Shown here: positions 49,764-58,709 of the stretch, piece by piece
Layout: each line of letters opens with the position of its first letter
How positions within the stretch are numbered: the stretch's first letter is position 1
IMG/VR virus record: IMGVR_UViG_3300010403_000705
Span: 1 to 64,000 of that record
Strand: one strand, 5' to 3'
Length of the DNA stretch: 64,000 nt
Translations under genes and position numbers: made by a program
The notes under the pieces: model-generated
Database searches by the model: none
Seen by the model: only the letters and a program-made list of their open reading frames with translations
What the model was told of the DNA's origin: nothing

Positions 49764-51128
49764 ATGATAAAATTAATAGTATTTGATTATGATGGTGTTA
49801 TTGCAGATTGTAAAGAAATACATTATGAATCTTTAAATAAAGCTTTAGCTCTAATAAGTACAGAATTTATTATTTCAAAAGAAGATCACATTTCAATTTA
49901 TGATGGCTTATCAACTAAGAAAAAGCTTAGCCTATTAATTAATAATAAAAATTTATCCGCAGATTCTGCCCATACAGTGTATAAAAACAAACAAAATTTC
50001 ACCCTAGAAATGATAGAAAAATATCTATCATATGACGGTAGATTAGTAGAATTGTTGTCAAGACTAAAAAAAGAAAATTTCCTAATTTACGTAGCCTCTA
50101 ATGCCATTAAAGAAACTGTTAATCTAGGATTATCTAGATTGGGAGTTTTGGAATTATTTGATAAAATATATTCTAATCAGGATGTAAAAAACCAAAAACC
50201 TCATCCTGAAATATATTTAAAATGCATGATAGAGGCAGGTGTAAAGCCAAGCGAAACTCTAGTTGTAGAAGATTCCAAGCATGGAAGAGAGGCGGCTATT
50301 GAAGCTGGAGCTTACGTATGTGGTGTTGATAATCCATTAGATGTAACCTATGAGAAAATAAAAAAATCTGTTGATAACATAAAACCATCTCAAATTAAGT
50401 GGGCTGGAAGAGACACAACAATACTTGTGCCAATGGCTGGGCAAGGATCTAGGTTTCAAAAAGAAGGATATAAGTTACCTAAACCATTAATAGATGTGGG
50501 TGGCAAGCCGATGATCCAAAGAGTGGTAGAAAATCTTAATATTGATGGTAATTATATTTTTGTTGTGCAAAAAGAACATTATGAATTATATAATTTAGGA
50601 ATCCTTCTATCTTTAATTGCACCGAATTGTAAAATTATTCAATCTCAGAATTTAACAGAAGGGGCAGCTTGTACTACTCTGTTAGCCAAAGAATTCATTA
50701 ATAATAATGATCATCTATTAATAGCCAATTCAGATCAATTTGTAGAATGGGATTCTAATGATTTTATGTATTATATGCTAGCTAATCAATTAGATGGTGG
50801 AATTTTATCATTTAAAGCCTATGATAGTAAGTGGAGTTTTGTTAAAAAAAATGATTTGGGTTTCGTTACACAAGTAGCCGAAAAACAAATTATTAGTGAT
50901 ACTGCCACTGTGGGTATTTATTATTTTAATCGTGGTCAAGAGTATGTACAGTATGCTGAGCAAATGATTTCTCAAGATATTAGAGTTAATAATGAATTCT
51001 ATGTATGCCCTGTATATAATGAATATATAAGAGCTGGAAAAAAAATTAAAACTCAAGATTGTAAATCTATGTGGGGTTTGGGAACCCCCAATGATTTAAA
51101 GTATTTTTTGAGTAACTATAAAGGTTGA
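49764..51128 (+). CDS. HAD phosphatase fused to sugar-phosphate nucleotidyltransferase-like domain
   Basis: FDYDGV, KPHPEIY, EDS..G; PMAG.GSRF...PKPLI, ANSDQ, GLGTP.DL. Confidence 0.88.
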   Translation: MIKLIVFDYDGVIADCKEIHYESLNKALALISTEFIISKEDHISIYDGLSTKKKLSLLINNKNLSADSAHTVYKNKQNFTLEMIEKYLSYDGRLVELLSRLKKENFLIYVASNAIKETVNLGLSRLGVLELFDKIYSNQDVKNQKPHPEIYLKCMIEAGVKPSETLVVEDSKHGREAAIEAGAYVCGVDNPLDVTYEKIKKSVDNIKPSQIKWAGRDTTILVPMAGQGSRFQKEGYKLPKPLIDVGGKPMIQRVVENLNIDGNYIFVVQKEHYELYNLGILLSLIAPNCKIIQSQNLTEGAACTTLLAKEFINNNDHLLIANSDQFVEWDSNDFMYYMLANQLDGGILSFKAYDSKWSFVKKNDLGFVTQVAEKQIISDTATVGIYYFNRGQEYVQYAEQMISQDIRVNNEFYVCPVYNEYIRAGKKIKTQDCKSMWGLGTPNDLKYFLSNYKG

Positions 51129-51129
51129 A

Positions 51130-52641
51130 ATGTTTGATGGAAGATATTTAGATTGGAATCAAAAACGTATCAAAGGAATCTTAGATTTCTATGGTCATAA
51201 ATTTATGTATTCCAAAAAGATTTTGGACTTAGGGTGTGGTCATGCAGACATTAGTGGAGTGTTTTATAGATTGGGCGCTGATATTACAGCCGTAGATGCT
51301 CGTCAAGAACATCTAAAGATAGCGAGTAAAAAATATCCTGGCATTAAAACAGTCAAAGCTGATTTAGATAGAGGTTGGCCATTTCACGGTAAGTCATTTG
51401 ATTTAATTTTAGATCTAGATTTATTATGTCATTTGTCTGATTATGAAACTCATCTAAGAAATGTTTGCCATAGTACTAATTATTTAATATTAGAAACATC
51501 AGTCTGTGATTCTAGCGATCCAAATAAAGTAGTTATTATAAATGAAAATAAATCTATCTATGATTTGTCTGTAAACGGAGTAAGTTGTCGACCTAGTGCT
51601 GTGGCTATAGAAAGGGTTTTAACAGAATGTGGTATGACTTTCAAAAGGCAAGATAACGCTAGATTCAATTGTAATTCTTATGTATATGATTGGGAAGAAA
51701 AAAATAACCAAGACTGTAATATCAATAAAAGAAGAATATGGTTTGCTACAAAAAACAATATCCCAATACGTTTTTCGACACCACTAAAATTTGAACCACC
51801 ACCATTTGTTAGTAGCGGTGGAATACCAGTATTACAAGATACACAAATCCCAGTAGTACCGCCTTCACCTATACCTTTAATAGGTCAATTAAATTATGTC
51901 AGTGGTCCAAAAATAAAAACTGCCTTATGTGTTTCTGGTCATTTAAGAACTTTTGAAGAAAATTTCAACAGTGTAAAAGAAAATATACTTTCTAGATTAG
52001 ATTGTGATATTTTTATTCATACATGGGACACAGTAGGTCTTAATTATAGACCAACAGATTTTCCTTTAAAGAATCTTCAAATAGACAAAGCTTTAGAAAA
52101 AATCATACAATTATATAATCCAAAAAAAATTATTGTGGAGCCTACTAAGATATTTAACACAACTCAAATAATGCACAAAAAACTCATAGATCACAGGGAT
52201 ATTCCTGGTATATTATCTATGTTTTATAAAATTGAAGCATGTAATGAGTTAAAAAAACAATACGAAATTGAAAATGATTTTATGTATGATTGTGTTATTA
52301 GATTTCGATCAGATTTAAATATGGAATCTCATTTGCCAATTGATAAAAACACTAACCTAAACTATTTATATTTTCCTACGTATGGTAATTTTGGTGGTCT
52401 ATGTGATCAAATTGCATATAGTAATTCAAAGAATATGGATTTATATTCATCGTTATATTCGCATATTAATAAATATATGGAAGAGGGTGTCCCAATGCAT
52501 CCAGAAAGACTTCTCAAATATCATATTGATAGCCAAGGACTTCCACATTCAAAAGTTCACATGAAATATACAATTAGAAGATCAAATGGACTAATTCAAA
52601 ATAATCAACTTCTAGAAAGAGCCTTAGGATTTATCAGATGA
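51130..52641 (+). CDS. class I SAM methyltransferase fused to a putative glycosyltransferase-like domain
   Basis: LDLGCGHA; C-half KTALCVSGHLR..DIFIHTW..SMFYKI..R.R.DL..DQ. Confidence 0.78.
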   Translation: MFDGRYLDWNQKRIKGILDFYGHKFMYSKKILDLGCGHADISGVFYRLGADITAVDARQEHLKIASKKYPGIKTVKADLDRGWPFHGKSFDLILDLDLLCHLSDYETHLRNVCHSTNYLILETSVCDSSDPNKVVIINENKSIYDLSVNGVSCRPSAVAIERVLTECGMTFKRQDNARFNCNSYVYDWEEKNNQDCNINKRRIWFATKNNIPIRFSTPLKFEPPPFVSSGGIPVLQDTQIPVVPPSPIPLIGQLNYVSGPKIKTALCVSGHLRTFEENFNSVKENILSRLDCDIFIHTWDTVGLNYRPTDFPLKNLQIDKALEKIIQLYNPKKIIVEPTKIFNTTQIMHKKLIDHRDIPGILSMFYKIEACNELKKQYEIENDFMYDCVIRFRSDLNMESHLPIDKNTNLNYLYFPTYGNFGGLCDQIAYSNSKNMDLYSSLYSHINKYMEEGVPMHPERLLKYHIDSQGLPHSKVHMKYTIRRSNGLIQNNQLLERALGFIR

Positions 52642-53324
52642 AAATTGCTATATGTATCTCAGGACATCTTAGAAAATTCGAAGAAACATATCCATCATTA
52701 TATTTTTATTTGTTGAAAAATTATAATTGCGATATTTTTATTCATACCTGGGATGCATTGGGTTATGCTTGTCAATATAAAAGTGATTCTACCTTAGAAG
52801 TAACTGATAATAAGATTAGTCAAATAAACAATTTATATAAGCCAAAAAAAATAATTGTTGAATCATCCTATTTTATAGAAGAATTAAAAAAAGAAGCGGA
52901 TATTTATGCGCCTCATTTAAAAGATTGTCCAAAACATGCAGGTCATATGGCAAGTATGTTTTATAAAATATATGCCTGTAACGAATTGAGAAAAAGTTTT
53001 GAAAGAGAAAATGGTATAAAATATGATTTAGTAGTTAGATGTAGATCTGATTTACTATTTAATAATAGCATAGTAATGCCAACATATAATATACAAAATA
53101 AAATATTAATGCCTAGCTCACTATCTAATGATCATTGGTATACTGATCAATTTGCTGTTGCAAATTCAGATAGTATGGATTTATATGCTGGAGCATATTT
53201 TGATTTGCCAAATTATTTTTCATTTGGCTTGGAATACTATCCAGAAAAATTTTTAAAATGGTCTTTGGATAAAAAAAAATTACAAATAGAATGGTGTCAG
53301 GCTAGTTTCACTATTTTGAGGTAA
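52638..53324 (+). CDS. putative glycosyltransferase-like protein, paralog of the preceding C-terminal domain
   Basis: KIAICISGHLR, DIFIHTW, SMFYKI, RCRSDL, DQFA, PE. Confidence 0.72.
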   Translation: MKIAICISGHLRKFEETYPSLYFYLLKNYNCDIFIHTWDALGYACQYKSDSTLEVTDNKISQINNLYKPKKIIVESSYFIEELKKEADIYAPHLKDCPKHAGHMASMFYKIYACNELRKSFERENGIKYDLVVRCRSDLLFNNSIVMPTYNIQNKILMPSSLSNDHWYTDQFAVANSDSMDLYAGAYFDLPNYFSFGLEYYPEKFLKWSLDKKKLQIEWCQASFTILR

Positions 53325-53410
53325 AAATTCATTGTAGTCTATTAGTGGAACTACTATAAAGTCAATTATTGCTGATTTTCGTAAAAAACAAATGAAAGAC
53401 AAATAATTTT

Positions 53411-53689
53411 ATGGATTGTTTAATTTGTAAATCAGAAAATTTCGTTATAGAATATAAAAATATACATAAAATTAGAATGGCATATGACGAATATCATTTT
53501 CTCTATAAAAACGATTGGTATGTTTTAGAAAAAAATGCTAAATTAACTCTCTTTAAAAGAAGAAAAAATATCCAACCTGGCGAGCCTATATATTCATTTA
53601 TTGCTCAAATTAAACATATACCGATATTATCTAATGATGATGCCTGTCAAATAATTCATAAACTTATGAATCTAGTAATTTTTTCGTAA
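53411..53689 (+). CDS. hypothetical CxxC protein with C-terminal F-x tail
   Basis: MDCLIC; ends HKLMNLVIFS. Confidence 0.7.
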   Translation: MDCLICKSENFVIEYKNIHKIRMAYDEYHFLYKNDWYVLEKNAKLTLFKRRKNIQPGEPIYSFIAQIKHIPILSNDDACQIIHKLMNLVIFS

Positions 53690-53697
53690 TTAACTAT

Positions 53698-54231
53698 ATG
53701 GTTAATAAATTAAGATTGCGCATCTTTGAAAAATTAGCTCAAGCCAACCCTCCAGAAAATTTACCTACTACCCAAACTGCACAAACAAAAACAGTGAGCG
53801 GCTCACCTCCTTCTTTCATGGCGACAGATTATTATCCAATTACTTTAGCATTTTCACCTAGAAACACACCTATCATTAATGTTTTAAGTAATTTATTGAA
53901 TCAAGCTTTATATTATTCTAGTGATGGTAAAATTCATTTACCTTGGATGCGTTCGGTGAATTTTAATTTTGATACATCGAATATCCCATCAGTTGATTTA
54001 AAAAATTTAATGGAGTTTTCCAAACAAATATACAATCAAATTTATACATCTAATGGTAAATTTGATAATAGGCAATTAACTGCTCAAGAAATATTTAATA
54101 GAATAAATCCATTAAAATATAGCCAATACATTAATAATTTATCTTCTACTAATCCAGCCGGTCAATTAGCATCTAAAATTGGCGGCAATATTAAAAATTT
54201 TATTAATAATTATCTTTTACAGATAAAATAA
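53698..54231 (+). CDS. hypothetical protein
   Basis: N-terminal ..EKLAQ followed by a Pro/Thr linker. Confidence 0.7.
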   Translation: MVNKLRLRIFEKLAQANPPENLPTTQTAQTKTVSGSPPSFMATDYYPITLAFSPRNTPIINVLSNLLNQALYYSSDGKIHLPWMRSVNFNFDTSNIPSVDLKNLMEFSKQIYNQIYTSNGKFDNRQLTAQEIFNRINPLKYSQYINNLSSTNPAGQLASKIGGNIKNFINNYLLQIK

Positions 54232-54249
54232 TTAAGATATATCAAAGAC

Positions 54250-55029
54250 ATGTCATATACAAAACTCAAAGATCGTATTGAATCGTATCATAAAGTAAGT
54301 GACTATCATCTATTAAATCGTGTACCTATTATCATTTGTATTAATGGTCGCGGATTCTCCAAGCTAACATCTTTGTTAGATAAACCTTTTTGTGAAAAAT
54401 TTTCTGCCAGCATGCTATCTACTATGCTAAAACTTTGCTCAGAAATTGAAGGATCTTTATTTGGTTATCACTTTAACGATGAGATTATAATTGTTTCTCG
54501 TAATGATCAGAATGTAGATACAGCACCATGGTATGATAATAAATTACAGAAAATATGCTCTATTACTGCCTCTATCGCTACATTACATTTTAATAATGTG
54601 TCATCTGGTTTAAATTTAATGGGAGATGGAGTATTTACTTCACAAGTGTTTGTAGTACCTACATTGGCAGAAGCAATAAATACACTTATACATAAGCAGC
54701 AACAAAATTTTCATATTTCTATTCATTCCGCTTGTTTTTACGAACTAATAAAAACTCACAATAAAAATTCTATTAAAGAAATGTTAAGTGGTTTAAGTAT
54801 AGATGAAAAAATAGATCTTCTGCAACAAGAATGTAATATAGATTTTAATGGATATCCCATCTCTTTTCGCCGCGGTGCGGCTGGGTATAAAATTCCAAAA
54901 GTTATTGGAGATATTATGAAAAATAAATGGACTATCAATGATGAGCTTCCAATTTTTGCCAAAGATCAATCATTTTTATCAAATATATTTAAAAATGGGG
55001 CAGATATTTTTAGAAAAGATAGTTTTTAA
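54250..55029 (+). CDS. degenerate Thg1-like paralog
   Basis: DRIESY, INGRGFSK (Asp to Asn), FNDEI, LQKICSI.AS; aligns with 996..1757. Confidence 0.8.
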   Translation: MSYTKLKDRIESYHKVSDYHLLNRVPIIICINGRGFSKLTSLLDKPFCEKFSASMLSTMLKLCSEIEGSLFGYHFNDEIIIVSRNDQNVDTAPWYDNKLQKICSITASIATLHFNNVSSGLNLMGDGVFTSQVFVVPTLAEAINTLIHKQQQNFHISIHSACFYELIKTHNKNSIKEMLSGLSIDEKIDLLQQECNIDFNGYPISFRRGAAGYKIPKVIGDIMKNKWTINDELPIFAKDQSFLSNIFKNGADIFRKDSF

Positions 55030-55155
55030 TACAAATTTAATGGATAGCAATTTCGCTCCCATCCGTCACGAATCCTTGTTTTAAGATATATAATGTAAAG
55101 AAGCAGAAAGATATAAAGAAGGAAAAAGTTATTAATAAATATGTATATATGTTAT

Positions 55156-55233
55156 GCCGAATTCGTATAGTGGCAATACCCAGCCCTTGTAACGCTGTGA
55201 CGCATTAGGGTTCGATCCCCGCATTCGGCTCCA
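55156..55233 (+). tRNA. tRNA-Thr(TGT), atypical (4-nt insertion in T-stem)
   Basis: GCCGAAT/ATTCGGC, T73+CCA, loop CTTGTAA; T-stem GC-ATTA-GGG/CCCGC. Confidence 0.7.
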
Positions 55234-55238
55234 TACAT

Positions 55239-55312
55239 GCTCTTTTAGTATAGTGGTATTACATCATCTTGGTACGATGATAACTCGGGTTCAATCCCCG
55301 GAAAGAGCTCCA
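55239..55312 (+). tRNA. tRNA-Thr(GGT)
   Basis: GCTCTTT/AAAGAGC, TCATC-TTGGTAC-GATGA, CCA. Confidence 0.9.
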
Positions 55313-55317
55313 CAATT

Positions 55318-55392
55318 GCTGATTTAGTTTAATTATAAAAACATCTCTCTCGTAAAGAGAAAACATCGGGGAAGTACCGATATTCAGCTCCA
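55318..55392 (+). tRNA. tRNA-Thr(CGT), non-canonical D and T loops
   Basis: TCTCT-CTCGTAA-AGAGA; ATCGG-GGAAGTA-CCGAT; D-loop lacks GG; CCA. Confidence 0.75.
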
Positions 55393-55412
55393 ATTATTAA
55401 GGTAAACATATT

Positions 55413-55640
55413 ATGAATAATAAAATTGTGGATGTTTTAAATAAAAGTAAAGTTTTAGCATCAAAATTTGATTTATCCAAAGTTAATCTTCCTGATTTAG
55501 ATAAAGAAGAAATAATTACTTGTCTGAATAGAGTATTAGATCATATGCTTGCTAATTCATCTGTGATAGAAATGGAAGTAACACAAGATATAGAAGACGC
55601 TATACAAACAATAAATGAATTGTATGAAAAATTAAATTAA
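55413..55640 (+). CDS. hypothetical protein
   Basis: 75 aa ORF between the tRNAs and tmRNA. Confidence 0.65.
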   Translation: MNNKIVDVLNKSKVLASKFDLSKVNLPDLDKEEIITCLNRVLDHMLANSSVIEMEVTQDIEDAIQTINELYEKLN

Positions 55641-55644
55641 GTAT

Positions 55645-55997
55645 GGGCTGCTCCCGGTTTCGACGGGGTATCAGAAAGATTAGAATGCAGGTCAAGAATG
55701 ATTGTTTCTTGTAAAAAATCAATCAACGTATAAATGCAAACGATAACGCATTTGTTCCAATGGCACAAGCTGCTTAATTGGATGTCTTGAGATGAGATAG
55801 TTTTGGTAATCAAAAAGGCATTATTTACAAAAGCTAGTTTATATTTTGGTCGCGGAATTATGAATAAAATAAACAGCGAATAGTTCGTGGAACGATATCT
55901 ACAATTGTTGTTGGTTACAATCTTAATCAAACAAACCTGTAACGAGTTTTAATAGTTCATGCCGCGGAAAAGGGTTCGACTCCCTTGCGGTCCACCA
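55645..55997 (+). ncRNA. ssrA: tmRNA, one-piece; tag ANDNAFVPMAQAA at 55736..55777
   Basis: 5' GGGCTGC..GGTTTCGAC; 3' GGGTTCGACTCCC..GCGGTCCACCA with G3.U70; ATAAAT-GCA resume context; tag ends AA-stop. Confidence 0.93.
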
Positions 55998-56055
55998 TAA
56001 AATCCGATGCGATTCACAAGATTAAAAAGATAGTGAACATTAATGAATTATAATT

Positions 56056-56346
56056 ATGCCTGTAATATATAAACATGTATTTGATAATTCTGACGACTGT
56101 ATTAAGGCATCTTGTAGTTATGCAAATAAAAATAAGGAAAAATGTGAATTTATTATTAATAGTAAAGAATGGCGAGATTATTTGTTTAAAATAGTATTCA
56201 AGCCATCTAATACCTCTTTTGTATTTAAACAACGTTTTTTACATAAAAATGATGGTCTTGGTCCGCTTTACTTTCTAATTATTGAAAACTATAAATCTAT
56301 TGACGAATTTGTAAATAATCATTCTAAATTAGTAACTTTCTTATAA
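56056..56346 (+). CDS. hypothetical protein with C-terminal F-x tail
   Basis: Ends VNNHSKLVTFL. Confidence 0.65.
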   Translation: MPVIYKHVFDNSDDCIKASCSYANKNKEKCEFIINSKEWRDYLFKIVFKPSNTSFVFKQRFLHKNDGLGPLYFLIIENYKSIDEFVNNHSKLVTFL

Positions 56347-56383
56347 GAAAAGGATAGTATAACCCTATCCTTTTCTTATAAGA
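56339..56383. terminator. bidirectional terminator between convergent genes
   Basis: TCTTATAAGAAAAGGATAG-N7-CTATCCTTTTCTTATAAGA. Confidence 0.8.
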
Positions 56384-56387
56384 TTTA

Positions 56388-56576
56388 TTAAGTATCTGGA
56401 TCCGAAATTATTAATTCTTTTCTAATTTCATTGAGCGTACTTCTGTCTTTAAGGTAAGAAATAGATATTATTCCTTGACTAATCATATCTGATAGATCTT
56501 CTAATAGTAAGTATCTTTTATCTTCTATTAATTTTATTCTTTTTTCTACAAAAGTTTCAAAAACTAATGCTTTCAT
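56388..56576 (-). CDS. hypothetical protein
   Basis: ATG overlaps the lysin stop. Confidence 0.55.
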   Translation of the reverse strand: MKALVFETFVEKRIKLIEDKRYLLLEDLSDMISQGIISISYLKDRSTLNEIRKELIISDPDT

Positions 56577-57298
56577 TCCGTCTTTTTCTTGAAAATCCAT
56601 GGTATACCTCCAAGTAATTTTTGTAGTATATTACATCCAGAATTATCCGTAGTTTGAATTTGATCATTCTTAGACTCATCTGTGGCATGAACTACCACTG
56701 CTGGAATTTCTTTTTCTACTGTTAACACGGATTCTTTTTCAGCAATAACTAAACTTTCCATTACTTTCTCAAAAGTGTCATCTTTCATAAAATTGTTAAA
56801 ATAACTAGCAAGCGCTTTTGCATAGTCTATTTCGGAAGCGGTATAGTAATTAGATAATTTTAATAAATGAGCGAAGTCAATTGGACTTCCTGCCTCTACA
56901 GCTACCCAAGCTTTTTTATATCTCTTGTTCTTTAAAAAATCTAAATGAAAAGATACGCCATCAGCTAGTGTCGGAAATGACCTAAACCATGTAGCTTTAT
57001 GGGGTGGTTGGAAAATAACTTTCTTACCTTCTAATATTTCCCAAACATTTGATAGCATCATATATTGAATGTTTTCATTTTCTAAAACATTGGTATTTTG
57101 AATGTATTTAACATTACCAATATTATTATTCCACATAGAAGTAGTTGATCCAGTTTCGAGAGCGTTTTGTGACCACAAAACGGCTATAGATTTTTTACGA
57201 GGCATTGTTCCAAATTGTTTTTGCCAGCCCTGTATAAATCCTTTAATAATTTCAAATTTTGTGTAAGAAGTTCTAACTGTTGGTACTAATTGAGCCAT
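56573..57298 (-). CDS. GH73/glucosaminidase-like peptidoglycan hydrolase (putative lysin)
   Basis: Q.ALETG, WNNNIGNVK, FRSF, YYTA..Y; GGAGG SD before ATG 57298. Confidence 0.75.
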   Translation of the reverse strand: MAQLVPTVRTSYTKFEIIKGFIQGWQKQFGTMPRKKSIAVLWSQNALETGSTTSMWNNNIGNVKYIQNTNVLENENIQYMMLSNVWEILEGKKVIFQPPHKATWFRSFPTLADGVSFHLDFLKNKRYKKAWVAVEAGSPIDFAHLLKLSNYYTASEIDYAKALASYFNNFMKDDTFEKVMESLVIAEKESVLTVEKEIPAVVVHATDESKNDQIQTTDNSGCNILQKLLGGIPWIFKKKTE

Positions 57299-57360
57299 AA
57301 CGTGACCTCCTGCAAGATATAGATGATAATGCATACGTTATTTAACAAAGAGAGTAATTT

Positions 57361-57969
57361 ATGAGATCATTATTCTTTACTTGTATTAAAAAATATATAA
57401 ATTATATTCCAAGATGTTTAATATGTAATAAAGAAATGCAATTATACATCCAGGGAACTGAAAGAAAAACTTTTTGGAGATTTGATTGTGTTTACATCAA
57501 AACCTGTATATCTGATAATTTATTAATTTCTAAAAGCAAAAAATATCCTTTAATAATAGATATTAATGATAACCGGATATTAACAGGTAATGAAATTATT
57601 TCGGCTATTGATATTAAAGAGTATAGCGTAGTCTATTTAAATAAAACATGCAGTACTTGTAAATTCATAATAGAAGCGTCATATGTTCATCCGCCGCTTA
57701 ATATAACTAATTCTATTAATGAATCTTCACCTCCTCTGTGTAGAGAAGATGGTTATTTTCCAACAGTATTCTTGGATCAAGAAGAATTATGTTATACCAG
57801 AAATCGTGGCAAAAATATTTCTATTAAAAGACAGCATTATTCACAACTAGCTAGGACTTCTCTTACTGTTGACGGTAAGAGTGTAAAATGTTTCGATTTG
57901 GACTTATCAAAATTTAATAATTTAAATCATCTAAATTCTAGAATTTCTACACTATTAACATTTCAATAG
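57361..57969 (+). CDS. hypothetical CxxC protein with C-terminal F-x tail
   Basis: CLIC, CSTC; ends SRISTLLTFQ; similar layout to 16389..16967. Confidence 0.7.
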   Translation: MRSLFFTCIKKYINYIPRCLICNKEMQLYIQGTERKTFWRFDCVYIKTCISDNLLISKSKKYPLIIDINDNRILTGNEIISAIDIKEYSVVYLNKTCSTCKFIIEASYVHPPLNITNSINESSPPLCREDGYFPTVFLDQEELCYTRNRGKNISIKRQHYSQLARTSLTVDGKSVKCFDLDLSKFNNLNHLNSRISTLLTFQ

Positions 57970-57997
57970 TTTGATATAGTAAGACTAGGAGAAAATT

Positions 57998-58342
57998 ATG
58001 TCATAGATTAAATATGGTGATAAATTGTATATCGTTACGCGTGCTGATATAATACCTGGATATCAAGCCGTGCAAGGAATTCATGCGGCAATTCAATTTG
58101 CTACCGAATATCCCGAAATTAATAAAGAATGGTTTGAGAAATCTAACTATCTTGGCTTTCTATCAGTGAATAACGAGCTTGAACTTTTCAAATTAATTGA
58201 AAATGCTTCCAAACAGAATATTAAATTCTCCATTTTTAGAGAACCAGATATAAATAATCAAATTACAGCTATTGCTTTAGCTCCAGGTTCTAGTACAAAA
58301 AAACTTTGTAATAAAATTCCTTTAGCTTTAAAATTAGGATAA
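57998..58342 (+). CDS. Pth2-like peptidyl-tRNA hydrolase; in-frame TAG at codon 3
   Basis: AGGAG-N6-ATG TCA TAG ATT AAA TAT GGT GAT AAA TTG TAT; KLYIVTR.D...G..AVQ..HA, FREPD....TAIA. Confidence 0.8.
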
Positions 58343-58344
58343 AT

Positions 58345-58629
58345 ATGAATTTTAGCTCTTCACCATTAAAAATTAGATTAGCAGATTAGCGTGAATGGGA
58401 TATTGCGGCTTATGAGTTGGGCGTATGCTTAGGATTATGGATGGATTTTGGAGCCCCTCACGGAGAAGATCCATGGCATGGTTTAAAGCATATTTTTTGA
58501 ACTGATAATTCAGTAGGCAATTCTCTTCATAATATATTGATCCACTTAGTAGATTGTGGTATTTTACAAGAAAAAGACGATAAGGAATATTTTAGATGGA
58601 ATTCAAATTTTGATCCAGATAAAATATAA
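58345..58629 (+). pseudogene. 94-codon hypothetical gene with internal TAG (58387) and TGA (58498)
   Basis: MNFSSSPLKIRLAD*REWDIAAYELGVCLGLW...KHIF*TDNSVGNSLHNILIHLVDCGIL...FRWN; AGGA SD. Confidence 0.7.
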
Positions 58630-58636
58630 ATCTAAT

Positions 58637-58709
58637 TCTCCTGTAGCTCAGCGGTTAGAGTATCCGTCCCTAAAACGGTAATGCGTGGGTTCGAATCCCT
58701 CCAGGGGAG
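58637..58709 (+). tRNA. tRNA with CTA (amber) anticodon, C33, no encoded CCA; alternatively a drifted Arg(CCT)
   Basis: TCTCCTG/CAGGGGA, G73; TCCGT-CCCTAAA-ACGGT; GTGGG-TTCGAAT-CCCTC. Confidence 0.7.

Noticed and set aside
20077-56232. Short antisense or nested ORFs in the track (e.g. 20077..20298, 22497..22703, 55637..55930, 43016..43504)
   Set aside because: They are shadows of tRNAs, the tmRNA or well-supported + strand genes and have no motifs.
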